Notes under the pieces: generated by a model
Told to the model about the DNA's origin: nothing
What the model saw: only the letters and a program-made list of their open reading frames with translations
Databases searched by the model: none
Program-made: the position numbers and the translations under genes
Part shown: piece after piece, positions 1-9,587 of the stretch
Layout: every line of letters begins with the position of its first letter
Numbering within the stretch: the stretch's first letter is position 1
From: a candidate division WOR-3 bacterium
GTDB taxonomy: Bacteria; Hydrothermota; Tepidihabitantia; Tepidihabitantales; JAOUPE01
DNA: 10,288 nt
NCBI GenBank assembly: GCA_039801565.1
Contig: JBDRUX010000082.1
Location: 1 to 10,288, forward strand
Reading direction: 5' to 3'

Positions 1-90
1 TTTGACTACGACTTCTGCAAAGGTTGTGGTGTTTGTGCTTCTGAATGCCCAAGGAACGCAATCACAATGGAAGAAGAGGAGGCGCGATGA
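1..90 (+). CDS. C-terminal fragment of a 4Fe-4S dicluster ferredoxin-domain protein (oxidoreductase delta subunit, or a flavoprotein with a C-terminal ferredoxin domain); 5'-truncated
   Basis: Frame 1 reads FDYDFCKGCGVCASECPRNAITMEEEEAR*, a CxxCxxCxxxCP motif in the DYDxCKGCG context typical of PorD/VorD-like domains. Its TGA (88-90) overlaps the next ATG (87-89). Not in the ORF track. Confidence 0.88.
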   Translation, partial: FDYDFCKGCGVCASECPRNAITMEEEEAR

Positions 91-1247
91 AGAAGGTTGT
101 TACTGGAAATCATGCTGTCTCTTACGGTGCTCAACTTGCCCGGGCTCAAGTAATCGCAGCTTATCCAATCACTCCCCAGACTCAAATTGTCGAACTATTG
201 TCTGAGTTCTGTGCATCGGGTAAACTGAATGCTAAGTTTATTAAAGTCGAATCGGAACATTCGGCAATGGCGGCTTGTATTGCTGCTGCGGCAACCGGAG
301 CCCGAACCTTTACTGCTACTTCCGCTCAAGGGCTGGCATTGATGCACGAGATGTTACATTGGGCAGCTGGAGCACGGCTACCAGTTGTCTTAGCTAATGT
401 GAACCGGGCAATGGGACCGGGTTGGTCAGTCTGGACCGACCAAAACGACTCTTTGAGTCAAAGGGATGTTGGCTGGCTTCAGTTTTATTGTGAATCGAAT
501 CAAGAAGTCTTAGACACAATCATTCAGGCTTTTAAAATTGCGGAGAAGATTCTGCTGCCAGTTATGGTTGTGCTTGACGCTTTTGTCCTTTCTCACACTT
601 CAGAGGCGGTTGATATTCCAGACCAGGAAATAGTTGACCAGTTTTTACCTTTACCGCCAGTGAATTTACCGTATAAACTTGATGTAGCTGACCCCCATGC
701 ATTTGGCGGTTTGACCAGTCCTGACCATTACTATGAGATACGCTATAAAATTCAAAAAGCCAATGAAGAAGCATTAATAGTTGCAAAAGAGGTTGATGCA
801 GAATTCCAACAGATTTTTGGTCGAGGGTACGGTATAATTGAGACTTATCGTTGCGAAGATGCCAAATTAATCCTTGTCACATCCGGAACGATAACCGGTA
901 CAGCTCGGATGGTGGTGGATTCGGAAAGAATTAAAGGCAGAAAAGTTGGATTGTTAAAGATTAGAATGTTTCGACCATTCCCAATTAAGGAATTGCGTGA
1001 AATCTTGCCCAGAGCACAAAAGGTTGCGGTGATTGACCGCAATATTGGCTTTGGGCACTCCGGTATTTTCTGTCAAGAGATTAAATCGGCTCTATATGGT
1101 GAACCAATTCAGGTACCAATCTTTGGCTTTGTTATTGGTATTGGCGGACGCGATGTTACTCCTCAAGATATCGAAGAGATTGTGGACTTTACCTTTAAGA
1201 ATGAAAAACCAGATTCAATGATTATTTGGCGAGGAGTGAGACTATGA
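87..1247 (+). CDS. vorA: 2-oxoacid:ferredoxin oxidoreductase alpha subunit (PorA family), most likely 2-ketoisovalerate:ferredoxin oxidoreductase alpha
   Basis: Motifs AAYPITPQT, VESEHSAM, TATSAQGLALMHEMLHWAAGARLP, FRPFP and GIGGRD. Start reassigned from 45 to ATG 87: SD GAGGAGG at 76-82 and ATGA overlap with the upstream stop. The family is secure; substrate specificity is inferred. Confidence 0.9.
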   Translation: MKKVVTGNHAVSYGAQLARAQVIAAYPITPQTQIVELLSEFCASGKLNAKFIKVESEHSAMAACIAAAATGARTFTATSAQGLALMHEMLHWAAGARLPVVLANVNRAMGPGWSVWTDQNDSLSQRDVGWLQFYCESNQEVLDTIIQAFKIAEKILLPVMVVLDAFVLSHTSEAVDIPDQEIVDQFLPLPPVNLPYKLDVADPHAFGGLTSPDHYYEIRYKIQKANEEALIVAKEVDAEFQQIFGRGYGIIETYRCEDAKLILVTSGTITGTARMVVDSERIKGRKVGLLKIRMFRPFPIKELREILPRAQKVAVIDRNIGFGHSGIFCQEIKSALYGEPIQVPIFGFVIGIGGRDVTPQDIEEIVDFTFKNEKPDSMIIWRGVRL

Positions 1248-2125
1248 GATTTCAAATTCCTGAAAAAGAATATATGTATCCTGGGCATGTTGCCTGTCCT
1301 GGCTGTGGCGGCGCTTATGCGATGCGTATGGCATTAAAGGCATTGGGCGAGAAGACAATTGTTGTTATTCCAGCCTGCTGTTGGTCAATCATTGATGGTC
1401 CATTTCCACTCCATGCCTTAAAGACACCGGTCTTTCACATCGCCTTTGAGACCGCAGCGGTTACGGCTTCGGGAATTAAAGCTGGCTTAGATATTCAAGG
1501 CAAGACCGATATTACGGTGATGGCTTGGGCTGGTGATGGTGGAACATTAGATATTGGCATTCAAGCCCTATCCGGCGCTGCCGAACGCAATGATGATATA
1601 ATTTATGTCTGCTATGACAATGAAGCCTATATGAATACTGGAATTCAACGCTCTTCAGCAACCCCTTGGGGTGCTTGGACAACGACAACCCCTGAAAAGA
1701 CGCCAAAAAGCGAACCGAAAAAGAATATTACTGAAATAATGATTGCCCATCGAATTCCTTATGCAGCCACTGCTTCGGTTGCTTATCCGGATGATTTAAT
1801 CCGGAAATTCCAAAAAGCGAAAAAGATAAAGGGGACAAAATTTATTCATATCTTTGCCCCGTGTCCGACTGGTTGGCGAATGGCACCCGACCTGATGGTT
1901 AAAATTGCTCGATTGGCGGTAGAAGCAAATGTCTTTCCAGTCTATGAGTGCGAAAACGGCATCAATTACAAAATTAATATTATACCAAAAAGACCGATTC
2001 CGGTAGAGGAATATCTCAAACTCCAAGGTAGGTTCTCTCATTTGACGAAAGCGATGATTGAACATATCCAAAAAACAGTAAATTTCGAATGGGAACTATT
2101 AAAACAACGGGCTGGTATCTCATAA
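1244..2125 (+). CDS. vorB: 2-oxoacid:ferredoxin oxidoreductase beta subunit (TPP-binding), 2-ketoisovalerate/3-methyl-2-oxobutanoate type
   Basis: GHVACPGCG, IPACCW and PCPTGW supply the cluster cysteines. TPP motif GDGG...YDNEAYMNTGIQRS. Start at ATG 1244 (SD GAGGAG at 1231-1236, ATGA overlap with the alpha stop) rather than TTG 1226. Confidence 0.9.
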   Translation: MRFQIPEKEYMYPGHVACPGCGGAYAMRMALKALGEKTIVVIPACCWSIIDGPFPLHALKTPVFHIAFETAAVTASGIKAGLDIQGKTDITVMAWAGDGGTLDIGIQALSGAAERNDDIIYVCYDNEAYMNTGIQRSSATPWGAWTTTTPEKTPKSEPKKNITEIMIAHRIPYAATASVAYPDDLIRKFQKAKKIKGTKFIHIFAPCPTGWRMAPDLMVKIARLAVEANVFPVYECENGINYKINIIPKRPIPVEEYLKLQGRFSHLTKAMIEHIQKTVNFEWELLKQRAGIS

Positions 2126-2134
2126 AATAATTTC

Positions 2135-2163
2135 TTGACATTGCAACCTTTTAGCAGTATAAA
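2135..2163 (+). promoter_or_regulatory. sigma70-type promoter of the trxA-tlpA-osmC-guaB operon
   Basis: TTGACA (2135-2140), 17-bp spacer, TATAAA (2158-2163), all inside a 43-bp intergenic gap. Confidence 0.8.
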
Positions 2164-2168
2164 TTGAT

Positions 2169-2495
2169 ATGAGTATTGAACTAACCAACAAAAATTTTAA
2201 AGCCGAAATCTTGGATGCCCCGGTTTTATCAATTGTTGATTTTTGGGCACCGTGGTGTATGCCGTGTCGAATGATTGCTCCAATCTTGGAAGAGATTGCA
2301 TCGGAGTATGCTGGAAAGATAAAAGTTGGGAAGGTAAATGTTGACAACGAAACCGCGCTGGCTACTCAATATTCGATTATGTCAATCCCAGCCTTGCTCT
2401 TTTTTAAAGAAGGCAAGGTCGTTGACCAGATTATCGGTGCTGTGCCAAAAGAACATATTGAAGAAAAACTAAAGTCCTTAGGAGTAGAAAAATGA
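2169..2495 (+). CDS. trxA: thioredoxin
   Basis: 108 aa. VDFWAPWCMPCRMIAP active site, VGKVNVD, SIP (cis-Pro loop) and IIGAVPK. Confidence 0.95.
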   Translation: MSIELTNKNFKAEILDAPVLSIVDFWAPWCMPCRMIAPILEEIASEYAGKIKVGKVNVDNETALATQYSIMSIPALLFFKEGKVVDQIIGAVPKEHIEEKLKSLGVEK

Positions 2496-2989
2496 AGAAT
2501 GTTTTAATTTCGGCAGTTTTGGTCGTTTTTTTAATTGGCTGTGGTGGTGGTAGCACGAAACCGTCTTCACCCCAAATCTCAAATAAATACGATTTTACCT
2601 TAGAGTCAATGCAAGGCGACAAAGTGACCCTTTCGGCACTAAAAGGCAAAGTAGTGATTCTTGATTTCTGGGCAACTTGGTGCCCGCCTTGCCGTGCCGC
2701 AATCCCTAAACTGATTGAACTCTATAATAAATACCGAAATCAAGGGCTCTTGATTTTAGGAATTGCGCTTGATGAAAGAGATAAAGTGGTAAAACTCTCT
2801 AAAGAGATGGAAATAAACTATCCGGTGCTTTTTGATGATAAGGTGACTTCCAAAAACTATGAAATCCAGAGTATTCCAACTCTCTTTGTCATAGACAAAA
2901 AGGGCAAGCAAGTTCACAAGGAAATTGGTTTCAGTGAAGAGGGGTTTCAAGAGATTGAAGAGAAGATTGTTCAACTATTAGCGGAGTGA
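2492..2989 (+). CDS. TlpA/ResA-family thiol-disulfide reductase, lipoprotein
   Basis: Lipoprotein signal MKNVLISAVLVVFLIG-C (Cys17). DFTL...LKGKVVILDFWATWCPPC and IPTLFVIDKKG. SD AGGAG upstream and ATGA overlap with trxA. Confidence 0.92.
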   Translation: MKNVLISAVLVVFLIGCGGGSTKPSSPQISNKYDFTLESMQGDKVTLSALKGKVVILDFWATWCPPCRAAIPKLIELYNKYRNQGLLILGIALDERDKVVKLSKEMEINYPVLFDDKVTSKNYEIQSIPTLFVIDKKGKQVHKEIGFSEEGFQEIEEKIVQLLAE

Positions 2990-2990
2990 T

Positions 2991-4873
<1,883 letters not shown>

Positions 4874-4986
4874 CCGATACAACTTCTGCAATAGGGGACA
4901 GAATCAACTGCCCACTTAAACCGTTGTCTTCGTAGTTTACATAAGATATATTATCAGAAGAAGGCGAGGTAGGTCATTTATTAAGG

Positions 4987-7900
4987 TTACTTTCCCAAGA
5001 TAATTTTTCTCGTAGCCTTAATATTACCTGAAGTAAACCTTAGAAGATAAACGCCTGAAGGGAATTCTTTCGTATCGAGTACCAAAACATGTTCTTTATG
5101 CGGAGTTGGAATCATATAAGTCTTAACTACAGCACCGGCTACGTTATAGAGTTTGAAATTAATCGGTCCAGCCACTGGTAAATTGTAACGAATCACAACG
5201 AAATCAACTGCTGGGTTGGGAGCAATGTTCAGTTTGAAAACCTGATTTGTCACTTTTTTGCCCATTACTCCTTCGTTGGTTGGAATCGGTGTCGCTTCAA
5301 CAATCACTGGTAATGGCAAACTATGCCGATAGAATTCTGAGGTATTATTGCCTTTGGTCGCCCAGAAGTAGTTTTCAAATTTAATCAAAGCACCGCCGCC
5401 TTTGACTCGTTTCTTACCGCTCGGTCCCACGGGAATGTCCCAAAGCGAATCCATCTGGGTCCAAGTTGCTATACCGCTCAATGGCCCGCACTTCCAGAAC
5501 TCATTAGTATTACCACCTTTTAAGAGATAAACGAAATCATTGTGATAGACCAAACCAGCACCTTCACCAACCTTTTTCTTCTTCCCTTCGCGGTTGGACA
5601 TCGCCTTGTAGTCATAGCGGGTAAGTTCTACCCAACCGCTATCATCAATTAGGTCGCATTTAAAGAAATCGCCGTATTGACCCTTTAGCACATAGACCCA
5701 CTTATTACTGTCGTAAGCCAGACAAGAACCTTTCTTATAATAAGCTTTTCCACTTGTGCCAATTGGCGGTGAAGAAATTGCTGACCAGGAATCTCCCAAA
5801 ATGTCATACCGATAGAACTCGTTGGTCTTAGAGCCTTTCATCACAAAAAGATAGGGTTTACCATCTTTAATATAAGCAACCATTCCCGACGCATCCTTCG
5901 GATTCTTTTTCTTTTCATATGTGCCCGGAATTGGGTTGAGTGGTTTCCATCCGATGCTTTCAATTGGTGTAACTTGATATTTCCAGAAACCTTGGGTATT
6001 ATTGCCCCGTAAGACATAAATACAATTGCCGTAAGCCGCCATTGCTGCACCCTTCTTCGGTTTTTTGCCATCGGTCGGTTTGTTACCCAAAGGCATTGTC
6101 TCAGTTACCCAAGTACCAGTGCCGGTTGAATCAATCGTAAAGATATGAAAGTCTTGAGTATTAGAAGCCTTCAAAAAGTAAATTTTGCCATCCAGTCCTG
6201 TCAGACAAGACCCGGATTTCGGTCTTTTGCCTGAGATTCCAAAGGGAATATCGGGCATTGCCAGCCAACCTGATTCGATAGTGGTAAACTCAAATCTTGA
6301 TGAAAAGGCACTGGTATTACCGGCATCGTCCGTGGCACGGACTCGCCAGTAATAATGAGTTGAATTGTTCAGGGTTCTTGGGCTTACTAAAGTTGTCGTT
6401 GTAACCAAGGTGTCAAAGATGGTTAAAGCAAAGGTTGAATCAGTAGCTAATTGAATCTGATAAGTAATCATTGGAATATCGGTTAGATTGGTGTCAAAAA
6501 CTTGTTGAACCGGCCCTCGCCGAGTGGCAGAACCTGATTGGAATAAATTAGATTTTAACCAATGAATCGCATTGCTATTTTTATGGTTCGAATTAATCCG
6601 CAAAGCCTTAAAGGTAACCGGTAGCCATTCAAAAGTCGGTGTCAAACTGACTCCAGTAGTAGCTGAATCTGGTGCCAAAAGGATAGGTGAATCCGGAGCT
6701 TGGGTATCAATCCTGAATTGCCAAATTTCCGACCAATTCGACCAGCGGTTGACTTCATCACCAGCACGAACCCGCCAATAATATTCACCATCTATTAAAT
6801 TGTTTACGGTCTGAAACTGTGAGAAATTGATAATAGTATCAATGACTGGATTGCTAAATAAACTATCTTCGTCAACTTGAATCCGATATTGAGTCCCCCA
6901 ATCAACATCGGTCCAATCGAATAATGGTAACGAGTTATTGATTATTGAATTATTATGTGGTGTTAGCAGATTCGGTGTTTGGGGTACTGGCGCTTCCTTT
7001 AATGAGATGTGGTCAAACCAAACTTCACCCGAATGATAGCGGAAAAGGCAATAAAGAGTTAGATACCAAATCCGTTTGGTTGGCTGAATTCGATAGGAAG
7101 AAAATTCCCAATCATGCGTCCCGACATTGAACAAAGCGCACTGGGCATAAAGCGATGTGCTATCAACATAACGCACATCAACATAAATTGAATAGTGGAC
7201 ATTTCGGCTACCCGAGACATTGATTGCCTTAGACCAACCCGAAAGAACCACGTGCTCGGGCACAGTTTGGTTTAGATAAATCGTTTGATAAATCCCATAA
7301 CTCGAATCTGGAGTATTGGCAATGATATGAACCGAACGGCTACCCGAAACCACATTAAGACCCGAAGTGTCATATAAGAAACCATTTGCATAACTCCGCC
7401 AAAAATCGGGAATATTGTCATTATTAATATCATATTCAAAAGACCAGTTTACTAACCAGTTTAAAGAATCGGTTGGCGCTGGTCGAACAGTTCTTGGGAA
7501 GACTGCTACCATACCGGTTGTATCATAGGCAAGAACTCTAATCGTATCTTCTCGAGCTGGCACCCCAACCGGTAAATAAAAAGTAGCAGTAAAGACTGAA
7601 TCACCGGCTAAGGTATCGCCATTAAAGCCAGAATCATTCATTATCAGATGCATTGGTCCTAAAATTTTTTCTAAACAAGCCTCCACATACAAAGGTTGGC
7701 TGCCGGTAACATTTGCCATAATAAGATTTTGATTACCATCGGTTGGACGAGGCGGATTGAATTCAACATTGTGAATCTGTGGGGGTGAGAGCGGCTCATT
7801 CAATAAAATAAGCGCATTCTTAGCATTGATTTGCTGGTCGGTAAACGGAACCGTATAAATCTTACCGCCAGCAATCGTGGTAGCCGGTGACACAACTACT

Positions 7901-9552
7901 AAATTATTTGGATAACTACCCGATAAAATGATTGGATTACTCGTGGGATTGACCAAAACTACACCGTGTTCGAATGGTCGGACATAATAGCCATTCGGAT
8001 GGCGTAATTCGTTGATATTGGTATAAGCGGTGTCCAGTGGTTTGCCCAAAACCAGATTCATTTCCGGAAAATGGGCAAAGATTGAATAACTATTGGCATT
8101 GGCAAACCAAACCGAATCATCACAAGTCAAAAGAAAAGAGCCATAGACAAACATCCTGCCTAAAGTATCAGTAATTGGTGCTTGGGGTAAACCGAGAAAT
8201 ATTTTGTGATAAGTATAACGGGTTTTTAAAACTTGATTCTGTGATGACTGCCACCAAGATTCTGAGGCATAACCGCCCCAATTCGAGCAATACAACCCTT
8301 CAAACATTCCGCCATCAGCCGAAGGTAGTAAAACTTCACTTCCAGTCATTCCAAGACCGTTAAAGAAAACTGGGTTACTTCCTGCCACACTATCCACTCG
8401 GCCCAAAAATTGAATCATTCCATATTTCCAAGTTGTATTATCATAACAATAGACTTTGGGCACCTCGTACATCCAGGTTTGAATCTTGTGCGTAGTATTA
8501 TCGCAGAAGACACCGGAATAATCCGGTCCTAAAAGGTTCTCATTGATTCTATCCAATGAATAATTTTGCCAAGTAGGATTACAAGGATTCATTAACTCAT
8601 TGCCGTAAGGGTTACTACGCAGACGATTGTTGACATTGGTTGTTAATAAGTAACCGCCGGATGGTATCGTATCAATCATTCCACCAAACTTGATAAGAAT
8701 CCGAAAGCCAGTACCAGCTTTATAACCATTCCGGTCCCAAGAAGAAAAGAATGTCCAAAATGGCGGATTGTAGGTTAAAGGGAATCGTTCGTTCGGTTCG
8801 CCGGGGTTTCGGTTATGATTAAGGTCAATCTGAATAAGAACCGAATCCGGTGTAATGGTTGAATCGACTCGGACTCGTAAAAATAATGTATCGCGCAAAG
8901 TATCGCGATAGGAAGCATAGGTTGCGGAATAGATTGAATCAATATAATGATGGCGAGTTAGTAAACTTGAGTTGTTAATTCTGGTTGCTAAAGAATACCA
9001 AGCTTCGGTGTTGCTATCCATAACTGTGCTGATATGCAAAAATGTGCTGTCAGCAAGTAAAGAATCAATAGTGATAGATCTGCCTTTTAGGATTGTATCA
9101 ATCAATAGATTGCCTAAACCGTTAGTATCATTAGCGATCCGAATTCGGTAACCCAGAAGTTGGGAATAGCGCCGGTCATTTGCCCAGGATATTTTGGTCT
9201 TAGTGCCTTGACGCGAGATAAAAAGTGCGGCTGGGTCATAGCTATGCATAAAGCAGCGGTCGTCTGGATTGAGAATTGTATTATAATACACATTCCAAGG
9301 ATATGCCGAGACCAAACAATGATATTTTAAAATAGATATATTAGGATTGATTGCCTTAATTTGTCTACCCTCAGGCGAATTCTGTTCATCAATCATAACA
9401 AATTGGCGAGCGGCAAAATCAATCCGGAATAAATCTCTTTTTATTGCACTATAATTAACTAAATAATTTTTCGAACCCTTAGGTAAATAATTGCTTGGCG
9501 GTTGGGGATAAACTAAAATGTTGGATAATAAAAGTAGTAGTGTGCAGTTCAA
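4987..9552 (-). CDS. Large secreted modular putative glycoside hydrolase (GHL15-like) with CBM-like, Fn3-like, Kelch-like propeller and T9SS type A-like C-terminal domains
   Basis: Uninterrupted 1521-aa ORF with a hydrophobic N-terminus. GHL15-like motifs IKAINPNISILKY, LMNP, YSGVFCDN, VFFNG, DGGMFEG, SFLL, LGKPL and RPFEHGVVLVNPT (~9450-7930). NDSGFNGDTLAGDSVF domain (~7790-7480). CBM4/9-like domain from NWSFE to VWFDHISL (7461-6994). Two YYWRVRA repeats (~6985-6280). Six-blade propeller (6270-5323). IAPNP...LYNVAG...SGVYLLR...RKII tail (5232-4990). The start is uncertain (TTG 9552 or ACG 9573). Confidence 0.85.
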   Translation of the reverse strand: MNCTLLLLLSNILVYPQPPSNYLPKGSKNYLVNYSAIKRDLFRIDFAARQFVMIDEQNSPEGRQIKAINPNISILKYHCLVSAYPWNVYYNTILNPDDRCFMHSYDPAALFISRQGTKTKISWANDRRYSQLLGYRIRIANDTNGLGNLLIDTILKGRSITIDSLLADSTFLHISTVMDSNTEAWYSLATRINNSSLLTRHHYIDSIYSATYASYRDTLRDTLFLRVRVDSTITPDSVLIQIDLNHNRNPGEPNERFPLTYNPPFWTFFSSWDRNGYKAGTGFRILIKFGGMIDTIPSGGYLLTTNVNNRLRSNPYGNELMNPCNPTWQNYSLDRINENLLGPDYSGVFCDNTTHKIQTWMYEVPKVYCYDNTTWKYGMIQFLGRVDSVAGSNPVFFNGLGMTGSEVLLPSADGGMFEGLYCSNWGGYASESWWQSSQNQVLKTRYTYHKIFLGLPQAPITDTLGRMFVYGSFLLTCDDSVWFANANSYSIFAHFPEMNLVLGKPLDTAYTNINELRHPNGYYVRPFEHGVVLVNPTSNPIILSGSYPNNLVVVSPATTIAGGKIYTVPFTDQQINAKNALILLNEPLSPPQIHNVEFNPPRPTDGNQNLIMANVTGSQPLYVEACLEKILGPMHLIMNDSGFNGDTLAGDSVFTATFYLPVGVPAREDTIRVLAYDTTGMVAVFPRTVRPAPTDSLNWLVNWSFEYDINNDNIPDFWRSYANGFLYDTSGLNVVSGSRSVHIIANTPDSSYGIYQTIYLNQTVPEHVVLSGWSKAINVSGSRNVHYSIYVDVRYVDSTSLYAQCALFNVGTHDWEFSSYRIQPTKRIWYLTLYCLFRYHSGEVWFDHISLKEAPVPQTPNLLTPHNNSIINNSLPLFDWTDVDWGTQYRIQVDEDSLFSNPVIDTIINFSQFQTVNNLIDGEYYWRVRAGDEVNRWSNWSEIWQFRIDTQAPDSPILLAPDSATTGVSLTPTFEWLPVTFKALRINSNHKNSNAIHWLKSNLFQSGSATRRGPVQQVFDTNLTDIPMITYQIQLATDSTFALTIFDTLVTTTTLVSPRTLNNSTHYYWRVRATDDAGNTSAFSSRFEFTTIESGWLAMPDIPFGISGKRPKSGSCLTGLDGKIYFLKASNTQDFHIFTIDSTGTGTWVTETMPLGNKPTDGKKPKKGAAMAAYGNCIYVLRGNNTQGFWKYQVTPIESIGWKPLNPIPGTYEKKKNPKDASGMVAYIKDGKPYLFVMKGSKTNEFYRYDILGDSWSAISSPPIGTSGKAYYKKGSCLAYDSNKWVYVLKGQYGDFFKCDLIDDSGWVELTRYDYKAMSNREGKKKKVGEGAGLVYHNDFVYLLKGGNTNEFWKCGPLSGIATWTQMDSLWDIPVGPSGKKRVKGGGALIKFENYFWATKGNNTSEFYRHSLPLPVIVEATPIPTNEGVMGKKVTNQVFKLNIAPNPAVDFVVIRYNLPVAGPINFKLYNVAGAVVKTYMIPTPHKEHVLVLDTKEFPSGVYLLRFTSGNIKATRKIILGK
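5323..6270 (-). repeat. Six protein-level Kelch-like repeats (~50 aa each)
   Basis: Six copies of W...P.G..GK..K.G..[LM]....Y.LKG..T.[ED]F[WYF].[YF], ending in IYFLKASNTQDFHIF, IYVLRGNNTQGFWKY, LFVMKGSKTNEFYRY, VYVLKGQYGDFFKC, VYLLKGGNTNEFWKC and FWATKGNNTSEFYRH. Confidence 0.85.
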
Positions 9553-9587
9553 AAAATTTACTTTAAACCGCGTAAAAACCTCTTTAT

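Noticed and set aside
45..86. N-terminal extension of the alpha subunit (likewise 1226-1243 for beta)
   Set aside because: The extension overlaps the upstream CDS. The downstream ATGs have SD sites and ATGA coupling, and they match the expected family N-termini.
2..205. 67-aa Cys-containing ORF
   Set aside because: Off-frame shadow. Frame 1 holds the real ferredoxin motif and 87 onward is the alpha subunit.
562..2974. Short antisense or off-frame ORFs (562-786, 845-1042, 1033-1221, 1512-1706, 1796-2071, 2120-2347, 2431-2649, 2756-2974)
   Set aside because: They overlap well-supported genes and have no motifs or convincing RBS.
2493..2989. Selenocysteine read-through at the TGA stops of trxA and tlpA
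   Set aside because: Both CxxC motifs are complete with Cys. The TGAs lie at the natural C-termini and are coupled to the next start codons.
5841..8363. Small ORFs within the large gene (5841-6071, 6572-6781, 6945-7130, 8175-8363)
   Set aside because: Nested in an intact 1521-aa ORF with continuous domain structure, so no frameshift or overprinting is needed to explain them.
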